DNA of 64,000 nt, taken from contig NC_043013.1 in NCBI RefSeq assembly GCF_006345805.1, forward strand, positions 53,320,001 through 53,384,000, written 5' to 3'. Numbering within the stretch: position 1 is the first letter of the stretch; each line of letters starts with the position of its first letter. Made by a program: the position numbers and the translations under genes. This DNA is from Octopus sinensis (lineage: Eukaryota). Below, piece after piece: positions 1-14,199 of this stretch. The notes below the pieces were generated by a model. It saw nothing but the letters and a program-made list of their open reading frames with translations, made no database searches and was not told the DNA's origin.

Positions 1-915
1 ATACTAATCACTTGCTTACTATTAGTGTGGAAGCTGTTAACAGGAATGCTTTCAGAAAGCGTTGACGAGCACCTTGACAACAAGGAGAACAGAAAGGCTG
101 CAGGAAGAAGGTTAGAGGAACGCATGATCTGTTATACGTAGACAAAGCAATTCTAAATGAAGTAAAAGCTAGAAAGAAAAATCTAACAATAGCATGGATA
201 GATTATAGGAAAGCCTATGACAGGATCCCACTCCTGGATAAATGAATGTTTGGGTATATTCAGTATAGCAGATAACATATAAGAGAATTAATTAGCTTTA
301 GCATGAAGAAATTTAAAGTAGATCTATGCTCAGGTGACACACTTTTATGGAAAGTTAATATTAATAGAGGTATTTTCAAGGTGGAATCGTTGTCCCCTTT
401 AATATTTGTCTTATCTTTGACCCTACTCAGTTTAGTAGAAAGGAAAGCAAGGGTAGGGTATCAGTTCAGAAATAGTAAGGGAAACATTAACCATTTGCTC
501 TACATGGATGATCTGAAGCTTTTTAGTAAGAATGAAAAAGAGACAGGTCCCTTAATACAGACTGCAAGACTCTTCAGCAAAGATATAGGCATGGAATTTG
601 GTATAGGTAAGTGTGTAATATTAGTCAGGAGAAGGGGACAGGTAGTCAACAGCAAAGGCATCCAATTACCAAATGGCCAGACATTAAAATCATTGAAAGG
701 AAGAGATAGTTTAATACAGACTGTAAGACACTTCAGCAAAGATATAGGCATGGATTTTGGCATAGATAAGTGTGCAATATTAGTCATGAGAAGGGGAAAG
801 GTAGTCAACAGCAAAGGCATCCAATTACTAAATGGCCAAAATCATTTAAAGGAGGAGAGAGTTATAAGTATCTAGGAGTATTAGAATCTGACAGAGTACT
901 AACGCAGATAGAGTG
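1..915 (+). pseudogene. Degraded RT region of an R4/Dong-type (RLE) non-LTR retrotransposon
   Basis: ORF 303-875 has RGIF..SLSPLIF, INHLLYMDDLKLF and DIGMEFG..KC. Upstream frames read [10 protein letters not shown]. Frameshifted, with an internal 159-bp duplication. Confidence 0.85.
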
Positions 916-1099
916 GGCAATTCATGAGTTTAAAAACACCACAAAAACTATGCCTGGAGATAAATCTATCAGCAAAAAAATATACACACACAAACGAATA
1001 CAGATCTGTTAGCTTAAAGAAGCTACTTTACGAGCAATGTTTTTATTCAGAGAAATCGGAGGCGGTGTTGTCTCAAAAAATTAACACTAAACCGACAGA

Positions 1100-2102
<1,003 letters not shown>

Positions 2103-3843
2103 CTGTCACCTCTATCTGATATGCTAAATAGAACTGGATGCGGATATAAATGTTACGGCAAAACGATCAGCCACCTTTTATATATGGATGACCTAAAACT
2201 ATACGCTGCAAATGACAAACAGCTGGAAACACTATTAAAGACAGTTCATGGATTACCAAAGAAATAGATATGAAATTTGGATTCGAAAAATGCGCCAAAG
2301 TAACCATGAAAAGAGGAAAACTAGTTAAGAGTAACAACATCACACTAGATGAAGCAAATGAAATAAAAGAATTAGACCAAAGCCAAACTTACAAATACTT
2401 AGGAATCCATGAACTAGATAAGACACAACACACACAAATGAAAGAGAAAATAAAAAAAGAATATTATAGACGAGTTAGATCAATACTAAACACAGAGCTC
2501 AATGCTAAAAACAAGATAATAGGTATCAACACTTTAGCTGTCCCAGTTATAAGTTACAGCTACAATATCCTTAACTGGACACGAAATGAACTGACCAAAA
2601 TAGACAGGAAAACAAGAAAAATAATGACAGGATCTAGGATGCATCACCCAAAATCTGACATAGAAAGACTATATATACAACGTATAGAAGGTGGTAGAGG
2701 CCTTATACCGCTGGAAAACTACTATAAAATAACCACCATAGGACTGAAAAAATATCTACTTCAGAAGGAAGGAAAACTGATCCAGATAGCGGCAAAACAC
2801 GAGCAAAACAAAAAACTGTTCTCAGTATTTAAGGAAGCTGACAAATACAAACAAGAAATCATACCACCTAATAAACATGAAGAAGAAGAAGAAGATGAAG
2901 AAACAACAAAAGCTATAAAAAAAATGAAATCCAAACTAAAAATAGAACAGCAACGAACCATGATAAAACGATGGCAAGAAAAGCCCCTTCATGGTAAATA
3001 CTGGACTAAACTAAACGCAAAAGAAATAGACAAAGAAAAATCCCAGCAATGGTTGAGAAGCTCAGGACTCAAAGCAGAAACAGAGGGATTTTTAATTGCA
3101 GCACAAGACCAAAGCTCCCCACCAGAAATTACCAAAGACATGTAATGAAAAGAAATATTACAAGTAACTGCAGAATATGTGGAGATGGACAAGAAACAAT
3201 AAATCATATTATCTCTAGCTGCCCAGTCCTGGCTAAGAAGGAATATATTCACAGACATGACAGAGTTGGAACTTACATACATTGGAAGCTATGCCAACAT
3301 TATGGAATAACAACAGAAAAAAGATGGTATAGGCACACACCAGAAAAGGTCACAGAAAACGAGAAAGCAACCATACTCTGGGATATGCCGATACACACAG
3401 ATAGAGAAATTAAGGCCAACAGACCAGATATAGTTGTCAGAGACCATGAAGAAAAAAAAATGCTTTCTAATTGATGTATCAGTACCGGCAGATGACAACG
3501 TGTCTCTAAAAGAAATGGAGAAACTCTCAAAATACAAAGACCTGGAAATAGAGGTAACTAGAATGTGGAATCTGAAAACAGAAACAATTCCTATCATAGT
3601 AGGTGCATTAGGCATGATAAAAAAAATATTCAGACAAATACATAACAAAAACACCAGGACTTACAAACACATATAACATACAGAAAATTGCACTACTAGG
3701 CACTGCACACATCCTACGCAGAACACTTTCCATACAATAACCATCAGAGCATCACAACAAATCACAGCACATACCCAAGGCACACAGAGCTGCGCTCGGT
3801 AGTGAAGTGAAAGCACGCTATAAAAATAAAAATAAAACTACTG
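2103..3843 (+). mobile_element. 5'-truncated R4/Dong-like non-LTR retrotransposon (RT C-terminal part, CCHC knuckle, PD-(D/E)xK RLE endonuclease, 3' UTR)
   Basis: HLLYMDDLKLYA; GGRGL; AETEGFLIAAQDQ; CRICGDGQETINHIISSC; RPDIVV...LIDVSVP. Stop at 3738-3740. (AAT)n on both sides. A few single-base frameshifts, several in homopolymer runs. Confidence 0.92.
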
Positions 3844-3863
3844 AATAATAATAATAATAATAA

Positions 3864-4312
3864 TAAGTGTAGAATCTGTGGACAAAATGGTGAAACCGTA
3901 TGGCATATTTCTAGTCAATGTACGCCACTAGCCCAGAAACAATACAGGACACGTCATGCTGGATCATAGATATGGCATGCCCTGCTGACAACAAGGTATG
4001 CGATAAGGAAAAAAGAAAAATCGATAGATATGATAGGTTAGCCTGGGAAGTTAAGCAGTTGTGGTCGATGAAAAAGGTGGTAGTAGTATCAATAATTTTG
4101 GAGCCCTGGGAAGAGTGAGTAAAAGTCTTGAGAAGTACATGTAACAAATAGGGGCTGCAATAAGGATGGAGTACTTGCAGAAAACAGCATTGCTTGGAAC
4201 CACTCGAATACTCCCGATCGTGCTCGAAAAATAAGGAGTGTTAGCATAGTTCACTGGAAGTGAACAGCTGATACCGTAGTACATCACCAGCGTTAGAAGT
4301 TGTACAAAGACT
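3864..4312 (+). pseudogene. 3' fragment of a second R4/Dong-like family (CCHC and RLE, internally deleted)
   Basis: KCRICGQNGETVWHISSQC, then WIIDMACPADNKV..KEKRKIDRY..LAWE and LQKTALLGTTRIL. Ends in a short AAT run. Confidence 0.75.
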
Positions 4313-5569
4313 ATAAATAATAGCTACTGCAGTCGATCGTTTGACAAAAATTCCCCATTCTTGTAATGACTGAAACAAGAAAAATTAAAGATAAAAGACA
4401 GAAAGACACACACACACACACACATACACATACTCATATCTTGAAAGGAATGTGGGACAAAAATGAAGTTAGGGTCTATATAAATTACAAATAAAAATTC
4501 TTCCGTTGATTACACAATTGGTTTCTTAAATTAAAGTTATTGATAAAAAATTATTCAAGATGGATAATAATTAATGGAATTAGGGTTGTATTGCATTTTG
4601 GGTAAAATTCAGACTCATTCCATGATTTAACATTCAGGGGAGCAGTAGAAATGGAAGCGTAAATTTCAAAGAAAATAAATAGAGATTTGTGGAGTGAAGA
4701 ATTAAGATATAATTCTCTCTTTATTCTCAATAGAAGAGTAGCGATTTAAACCGTTGTACAAGTAACTTTTCGTGAACTCTGTTATTAGTTAACATTTTTC
4801 CAACTAATGTAAACCGTCATGGGATGCCATGGTTTCCAGGTTTTATTCTAAAAATAATCATAATTATTACAAACATACATCATCGTCGAAAGAAGGAGAG
4901 AAATGGAACGAGTACGGAAAGCCGAATGTTGATGTGAAATGGTAACAATGAAACGAACAAAAATACAACATCAAAGAGAGGAAATAGAAAATAAAAAAAC
5001 AACAGATTATTGCTATTATATCATTAATGTTTTCCTGAAATAAAATAGCTAACGGTTTACAAAGCCTTTGATACGGCTTAGGCACTGAAATGCGAAACAA
5101 ATTAATTTTGGCTTTTAGAAATAATTCATAAATTGAGGCAAGTTTAACCTAAATTTTTAATCGCTTTTATCCGTAAAATCCTAATAATATTTATATTTTA
5201 AGAAGAAAAAAATTAAATGAAATCCAATTATGGATTTTTATGGGTTCTAAAAACCCTTTTCGATTATGTAAATTGTTTGACAAAATAGGCTTTAAAAAAT
5301 CTTTGAACCGTTAAATATTGAAACAAAGATTATTACGGGTAAACATTTGAAGTGATTGATATAACCAATTTATATTCGGTGACCTGGCCTCAGAGTTTAA
5401 GGAGCGTCTAGTGTGTGGAGAATATACGTATTACTGTTTTTGTGCCAAGTTTTATGTAGGAACAATTTAACATTGGAGTTAAGGATTATTCAACACTATA
5501 TAGTAGAAGACATAAATTTTAGAAGAAAAATGTTACCAGTGCTTGCAAAGATAATGGCTACTCTCTCAT

Positions 5570-5602
<33 letters not shown>

Positions 5603-5605
5603 TCT

Positions 5606-5658
<53 letters not shown>

Positions 5659-5830
5659 ATATATATATTTATATTCAAGTAGTTGAATGGATTATCCTAG
5701 TATGGATAATTCGGTTAACCGATACCCGGGTAGCAAATTCACGTCAGAGAAACACGGTTGAAGCTACATGCCAAGGGCAGAGATCACGTGCTTTCGTGAG
5801 GAAATTTGCGTGTTTTTTTAATACAAATAA

Positions 5831-5937
5831 ATGAAAGAATGGAGTTGAACGACGATTTACAAAATTCCTTTATTCTCGAAACATATGTCGAGAATAAAGG
5901 AATTTTGTTAAATCGTCGTTCAACTCCATTCTTTCAT
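5831..5937. repeat. Near-perfect fold-back inverted repeat (about 50-bp arms)
   Basis: atgaaagaatggagttgaacgacgatttacaaaattcctttattctcga and its reverse complement, around aacatatg. Confidence 0.9.
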
Positions 5938-5963
5938 ATATATATATATATTATATATATATA

Positions 5964-6010
<47 letters not shown>

Positions 6011-6020
6011 ATATATATAT

Positions 6021-6066
<46 letters not shown>

Positions 6067-6067
<1 letters not shown>

Positions 6068-6512
6068 TGGAGTGGGTAAAATCCGGGTACATATTTTTGT
6101 TAGCTAACTGATCCGCGTGGGTTACCCAGTTTAGCTAATCATCATTCAAATCACTTCTGCGGTGAGTTAAAATGGAAATTCCAAGCGACACTGTAAACTT
6201 CATTACAACTTTATTCTCAGCTTGATGATTAGCTAAGTTGCGTATCTCACATTCAGTAATAATTACATCCGAGGATCTGCTAAATGAAGTAAAAAACATA
6301 TGAAGCCTGGATTTTACACGTTCCACTCCTCAATGTAAATTTTTATTGGCATTCATAGCAACTCTTGCTAACCGTATGTAACCTTCGATGTCAAAAATCG
6401 TTATCGTTTCTGAACGTACACTGTCCAATTTTTGTTTTCTATACCAGACACAGACTCCTTGCAGCTTACAAGTTTCCCTCACTTGGATCTCTGGATCTTA
6501 CCCTTAAGTGTG

Positions 6513-6589
<77 letters not shown>

Positions 6590-6591
6590 TT

Positions 6592-6625
<34 letters not shown>

Positions 6626-6884
6626 TGTATGTATGTATGTATGTAGGTATAACGCAAATAAGGATGTCCGGACAGGTATTAGTATATTACGGCCGTTTCA
6701 GGTGGCTCCATTTAATCGAACAATGCAAGCAGTACGTCAATTTGAAATACACCGTCTTCCTTGGAAGCATAAGACCGTATAGGTTTTCAATATACATGAT
6801 ACTCCACTATACTTTTTGAAGTACCTAGTTCAACTGAATCTTAATTATGACCTACATATATATATATATATAATATAATATATA

Positions 6885-6917
<33 letters not shown>

Positions 6918-7384
6918 AAGAGAGAGAGGAGAGAGAGAGTGGAGTGGGTAAAATCCGGGTTACATATTTTTGTTAGCTAACTGATCCGCGTGGGTTACCC
7001 AGTTTAGCTAATCATCATTCAAATCACTTCTGCGGTGAGTTAAAATGGAAATTCCAAGCGACACTGTAAACTTCATTACAACTTTATTCTCAGCTTGATG
7101 ATTAGCTAAGTTGCGTATCTCACATTCAGTAATAATTACATCCGAGGATCTGCTAAATGAAGTAAAAAACATATGAAGCCTGGATTTTACACGTTCCACT
7201 CCTCAATGTAAATTTTTATTGGCATTCATAGCAACTCTTGCTACCGTATGTAACCTTCGATGTCAAAAATCGTTATCGTTTCTGAACGTACACTGTCCAA
7301 TTTTTGTTTTCTATACCAGACACAGACTCCTTGCAGCTTACAAGTTTCCCTCACTTGGATCTCTGGATCTTACCCTTAAGTGTG

Positions 7385-7439
<55 letters not shown>

Positions 7440-7470
7440 CACACACACATATATATATATATATATATTT

Positions 7471-7504
<34 letters not shown>

Positions 7505-7730
7505 TGTATGTATGTATGTATGTAGGTATAACGCAAATAGGATGTCCGGACAGGTATTAGTATATTACGGCCGTTTCAGGTGGCTCCATTTAATCGAACA
7601 ATGCAAGCAGTACGTCAATTTGAAATACACCGTCTTCCTTGGAAGCATAAGACCGTATAGGTTTTCAATATACATGATACTCCACTATACTTTTTGAAGT
7701 ACCTAGTTCAACTGAATCTTAATTATGACC

Positions 7731-7733
<3 letters not shown>
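6067..7733. repeat. Tandem duplication, two near-identical copies, period about 875 bp
   Basis: 6067-6855 and 6939-7733 differ mainly by single-base indels and microsatellite lengths. Confidence 0.92.
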
Positions 7734-7783
<50 letters not shown>

Positions 7784-7825
7784 TATATATTATATATAAG
7801 AGAGAGAGAGAGAGAGAGAAAGAGA

Positions 7826-8165
7826 GTATGTGAGAGAGATGCCGGTAAGCAGCTTAGGCTTTATATACAAAATATACGTGTATATTCAGCTGCACAAATA
7901 AATATATAGAATTTTAACCAGTCGGACACATTAATATAATTTTTCTCAATATTTATCAGTGCAAGAAGATGGAAGAGATTCATGTTGTCGCTATTACATT
8001 AATGTGTCCGACTGGCTAAAATTCTCTTTATTTATTTGTGCAGCTCAAGATGGCACTGCATTTAAAATTGATGCAATGATTGCATTGTTCAATTAAATGG
8101 AGCCGCTTGAAACGGTCGTACTGCATCACTACTTGATATCCTGTTGCATATTTTGATTTTATACA

Positions 8166-8228
<63 letters not shown>

Positions 8229-8634
8229 ATATTATATATATATATATATTATATATATATATAAAGAGAGAGAGAGAGAGAGAGAAAGAGAGTATGTGAG
8301 AGAGATGCCGGTAAAGCAGCTTAGGCTTTATATACAAAATATACGTGTATATTCAGCTGCACAAATAAATATATAGAATTTTAACCAGTCGGACACATTA
8401 ATATAATTTTTCTCAAATATTTATCAGTGCAAGAAGATGGAAGAGATTCATGTTGTCGCTATTACATTAATGTGTCCGACTGGCTAAAATTCTCTTTATT
8501 TATTTGTGCAGCTCAAGATGGCACTGCATTTAAAATTGATGCAATGATTGCATTGTTCAATTAAATGGAGCCGCTTGAAACGGTCGTACTGCATCACTAC
8601 TTGATATCCTGTTGCATATTTTGATTTTATACAT

Positions 8635-8636
<2 letters not shown>
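7826..8636. repeat. Tandem duplication, period about 467 bp, each unit with a ~53-bp inverted repeat
   Basis: 7826-8167 matches 8292-8636. Inverted arms at 7888-7940 and 7993-8045. Confidence 0.9.
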
Positions 8637-8679
<43 letters not shown>

Positions 8680-8694
8680 ATATATATATTATCG

Positions 8695-8840
8695 TTTATC
8701 TTTTACTTCTTTCAGCCATTAGACTATGGCCATGCTGGGACACCCGCTTCAAGAAGTTTCACTCGAATGTGTCGAACCCAGTACATTTTTAAATCCTGGT
8801 AATTGCTCCCTCGGTCTTTTTTTTTTTCCAAACCGCTCTA
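8695..8840 (-). mobile_element. SINE 3' tail fragment
   Basis: Reverse complement resembles the gcggtgc.ccagcatggcc...tgaaa.aagtaaaa tail seen at 37.9 kb and 51.3 kb. Confidence 0.5.
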
Positions 8841-9299
8841 CCAACACATATTTCCTTCCACGTATTTGTTCTGAATGAAAAATCCCTCCTTTTAGAAAAT
8901 GATTATGTTGTTTTCTTTTTGACGTGATTTTGTATTTCAAATAGATTAGTTTCTCTTTGGAGGTGTGTACCTACACGCACACACACACACACACACACAC
9001 AGATACACACACACGCACACCACACATACACATGTATAGATATTTGCATATATGAATCAAAGAGAAAATGTTTGTAGCAACTTTGAAGTGCCATCCTTTC
9101 ATTGACTTCGTCAGGCGTCGTGTTCTGTTATCGAAATATTAGTTATATATTGTCACAAATAGAAAACGTATCAAAGTCTTCGTTTGTATTTCTCACCAAT
9201 GAATCTGTACGTTTAGGCACCAGTGTCTTTTTATTCCACAGGGAAATACATTTATCTTTTACACCGGAATCCCAGATCACTGGCCTCGACGTAGAATAG

Positions 9300-9780
9300 A
9301 GATTTGCAGAGAGGTTCCTGGTGCTATTTCTGTCAATCTAGAGCTCCGCACACTGATCACCAGAACAGTTCAGATTTAGTAAGAGAGCAAGATCATGGTT
9401 TGAGGATCTTCCTCTCCACGGCTTTACAGCGCAAACTCACCACCCATTGATGCAAGGATCCACCAACTGGATCCACTGATTTATTCGATCGTAAGTCCAT
9501 CTCAGATCAACAGCACATTTCAAACTGTGAACTCCTGCTCATCTGACTTGCCATACTCGCAAAGAAGTACCTGGTTCACATCTACAATCCTTTCTTCAAA
9601 CAGCTTCATCATACTCCATTTTCAGTCACAAAATGGGGCCGGTTGATGACAGACACTCATCTTAGTCTGGCTCCAACAAAACTTAAACATTTCACTTTTA
9701 CAGAAAGTCAGAACACTACTTCCATCGCAGAATATAAATATAATTAATTCTGGGTATTGGTGCCTCCATCTGTTAGCAGG
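9300..9780 (-). pseudogene. Possible highly degraded LINE endonuclease fragment
   Basis: Weak minus-strand similarity to the APE region (DGG..., V.V.NRP). No open frame. Confidence 0.25.
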
Positions 9781-10580
9781 TTTCTGGAAATTTATACATG
9801 AATAATATCGTTACTTCAAATAATTTACTTCGAAAATCTGATAAATACGAAGAGTGGTATGGCGATTAGGTTTTCAGGATATACCTTTATCGCCCTCGTT
9901 CTCTCTCTCTCTCTCTCTCTCTTTCACTTACTCTATATGCATGTTCATGTGCGTATGTGTGTATGTGTGTGGCTGTGTGTGTGTAAGTGTGTTTGTGTAT
10001 CTGTGTGTGTGTGTGTGTCGGTGCATGCGTGGATGTGCGGGTCTGTGTTTACGTGTATTTGCATATGGCGATGTACGTGTAATTTATTTTGTTTATATGA
10101 TATTTCCCGTATTTTCTCTGCTCCCCACCACAACTTCGGTTTTTTTTTATTTAATTTCTTTTCGTAAATATTGGATTAGCAAATTTAATAAAATATTCGT
10201 TTGAAGAGATACAATACCTCATCATCAGCTTCCTCCTCTTTCGAATGCAAACTAAACTGAACCCTCTCTATCCTTCTCCACGTCTCTCTCTCTCTCTCTT
10301 TTTCACAATACAAACAAGCATACACATATTATACACATATGCGTATACATATACATGCATATATATATATACATATATACTTGTATCTATTCATGCATAT
10401 ATACATGTAAACACACACACACACACATACATAGACAGAAACACACAATGACCACATTGCCACAAAACGCTGTAATATGCTCAATAAATGAGTGTGTAAA
10501 TATAGAAACACAAACATTATATTCTAGCATAATGAGTGGAAATAATAGAATGGCCGTGTGTGTGTGTGAATATATGTGTG

Positions 10581-10622
<42 letters not shown>

Positions 10623-10652
10623 ATGTATTTATATGTTTACATATGACTACAC

Positions 10653-10722
<70 letters not shown>

Positions 10723-10735
10723 CTCATATATATAT

Positions 10736-10773
<38 letters not shown>

Positions 10774-12969
10774 TATACACATATATATACATGTATATAT
10801 ATATATATATACATTCATATACATGCGCACACAAACATATATGTGTGTGTATATTTAACTTCATTGTATATCACTGAATTTGTTTCCCTTCTTACGTAAA
10901 CAGTCACAGACACACTCATCCATACGTACGTGCGTGTATTATTTATGTACACTCACTTGTTTATACATACAAACATACAGACAGACAGACAGCCATACAT
11001 ACATAGTTACATACAAACATATACACATACATATGTCTCTGTGTATACGTATTTAAATTTACCCCTTTTGTTGTGCATCCTCAAACACCCACATTCATAC
11101 ATGAATACATATACATACACAGACACACACACACTCACAACACAACCTACCGCACACACGCACCTCACACATATATTTGTATCTGTGTCAGTGTGTGTAT
11201 ATATTTGTATATATATGCATGTGTGTATGTATGTGATTCTACGTGTATGTGTGTGAACGCATGTTTAACTGTAAACAGATATTGAAGCCTCCGTATATTA
11301 CTTCCGAATTATTTCCAGTATTCAACACTTTATCTTCTTTGTCAACATTAAAAACAAAATATCGTTCATATATTTTCTATATGTTTTCAAGTATTTATTT
11401 ATTCATATAATCAACTTCACTGTTTGACTTGTTTAGCCTATCTCGTAAATCTCATTCGCTGTCGCATGTAATGTATTATTCATCGTTAGCACGTTACCAC
11501 GTTTCGCAAAATGGCCGCCATCAAATTTTTGCTTGAAATCTCTTCCATTGTTGAATGTTATTATAATATAAAAGAATGGCGAGAGAAAAATACCTGCTGT
11601 CGCCTGCTGCATGGAATCTTTATAGTAAAGGTGATTACTGGCTTACGTGATGTGGTAACCTAAGTCATTTCTTTTTAATTAAAAGTAATCGTTAATGAAA
11701 TATTATTGTGCATTTTCTATTGGTGGCTCTTTCCGGTCTTCTTTATTCCTTCCAGGGTGTTTGCCATTTTCACTGGTAAATTTCTAATCCTTCTTCATCC
11801 CAAGATATTACCTTTTTAGACATTTCTATAGTCGTTGCGCTGTCAAAAACTTCCCTCTTCTAACTTTTCTTCAAATCGCAGATATAATAATCGGCCTTTC
11901 TACAACTCATCATTCTGTCACACTTGCTGTCACCCTCACATAAGGAATACGAGAAGTCGTTCGATTCAATTAGTTTTTTTCCCGGTTTCCTTTCTTGTAG
12001 AAGCGTCTTCCTTCTGTTTGAATCCAAGATAAATATGGCCAGTTTTTGTTGTATATCGGGTGGATCGTTATGCAAACAATGAAGACACACTCACTGGTTC
12101 TATTTCTATCGCTTTTTTTTCATTGACTCTTTACTCAACAATTTGGTTATTCAATAAAATACATTCATTAAACAAATAACCACTCAAGTAGCGAGTTGGT
12201 TAACTAGTTAACTAGTTAATAAATAATTAAGAAGTGAAATGGAACCAGTGTGTGTGTAGTTATTTTTGGCATAATGGCAAGCAATACCAAGATATAACAA
12301 ATCTTTTTCAACACACAACAAATCTTCTGAGATGGTGGTAGAAGTGATCCTCCTACTAGTGACATGAACCGAATATCTGCTGCATGAAAGGATCTTGAGA
12401 TCATGTGGTGGTATTAGAAGAGTGTGATGGATTAAGTGGATACCATCCAATCTAGATGGGATCGAAGCTCAGAATGTAAAGAACTGCAAGAACAGCAAGG
12501 CATATTTCTCGCCGTTCTAATGCAGGGATTCTCACGTTTCTTGGACTATCGTTCTTTTTCCTTTTTCTAACACTCATTCAACGCTTCATTGCTGCGAGTC
12601 CAGAAACTCAAATACTGAACAAGAAATTACTTTCTGACAGGTTGATCATCATTAAAACAATATTTGCACATGAGTCATTTCATCAAAATAACACGCATTG
12701 TAAAAGCAACTTTTGAAACACTAATATTCTTTGTTTCTAATTTTTGCACCCTATTGGTGGAGGGTGCTAGTCGAAGCCATTGACCCCTGTGTTCAACACA
12801 TTGTCTTTTGTCGAAATTCCGAAAGGATAAAAGCAAATGCGACTTTGGTAGCATATAAACTGTCGCAGAAAGTGTCACCACGACAACCCCTGCGAGAATA
12901 GACTTGACCGAACGACCATAAGTACTACCGGTCTGAGACAGAGAAGGTAGGCGGTAATCGCTGGAAGTC

Positions 12970-13330
12970 GTTCTTATTTTATCAACCCCAAGAGGATAAT
13001 AGGTAAACTCGACCTCGGCGGAATTTGAACACAGAACAAAAAGACGGACGAAATGCTACTAAGCACTTCGCCCGGTGCGGTAACGATTCTGCCATCTCGC
13101 CGACATTTTTTCCAGACACTAACATTAATTTCAAATTTTAGCAGAAGGCCAGTAAATTTAGGGGAGTGGGTAAGTTGATTACATCGACCCCAGTGTTCAA
13201 CTAGTATTCTTTAAATCGATGCCGAAAGGACGAAAAGCAAAGTTAACCTCGCCAGAATTTTAACTCAGGACGGAAAGACGAACGAAATACCACTAAGCAT
13301 ATTACCCAGCGTGCCAACCATTCTACTGCT
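12970..13330 (-). mobile_element. Two adjacent tRNA-derived SINEs with a Meta-like central domain
   Basis: Reverse complement: ggcgag.tggcagaatcgtta head, gttcaaattccgccgaggtcga B box, then ccttt..cct.t.ggggt.gataaaataag.ac, similar to the MetaSINE domain. Confidence 0.7.
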
Positions 13331-14019
13331 GTTTTTTTTTTTCCAGATGCTAATAATATTCACAAATGATTTTTACCTGGAATGAAAATTGAAAATATTT
13401 TTGGAAATAGGGAAATTAGAAGATGAAGCTGTTGCCCGCTATTGCCCTTCTTGTCTTTAGTAACCATGTGAGATCTACATATTTAAGACGGCGGCACGTC
13501 ACAGCTTGAGAAAATCTGCGCTAACAAAGTGTCAGCTCACGATCGCCCTAAGTTTCACTTATCGATCTTTGAGGGATGAAAGGCAAATTTACTTTCTGAA
13601 CAGCCGAGTACATTTTTTTTAGATATATAGGATAAGCAGTCAGCAGTCGTCGTGACAAGACGTACATTTTATAGCTCCCGTCAGTAACTAACCAAAGAAG
13701 CATTTTTCAACTCAATTTAACTCAACTCAAGCTAACATAATCTCTCCTTGTTTTTAATCTCAAGATTTTTGAACTCTACAATCCTACTATACTACTCTTT
13801 TACTACCATCGGAGGATAAATTTATACAAATCTATATACAACCTGAAGAAAGAGGAACAACCCAAAACTAAATACTAAACCCAAGACTAGTTCTAAAACT
13901 AGTCCCGTGAGTACAATTCTTTTTTCTTGATCTGTATCAAACACACCGCTCATCCTGATTGTACTAATTAGATTGTACTAATTACACTGAACTCTCACAC
14001 ACACACAAGCCACAAATTT

Positions 14020-14108
14020 CCGAGTATATCGACACAAACTTTCCAACGGTGTATTCACTATTTACCGAGTATATTGACACAAACTTTTCAACGGTGTATT
14101 CACTATTT
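14020..14108. repeat. 45-bp direct repeat x2 in the LINE 5' UTR
   Basis: ccgagtatat.gacacaaacttt.caacggtgtattcactattt occurs twice. Confidence 0.85.
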
Positions 14109-14199
14109 TACATCAAGCCATCAATAACTGGTGTGCATATACATATACACGCATACACATACATACATATATATATTACACAACACTACCCCATTGAAT

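Noticed and set aside
11700-12480. Possible decayed retroelement or exon
   Set aside because: No motif or splice-consistent frame that I could support.
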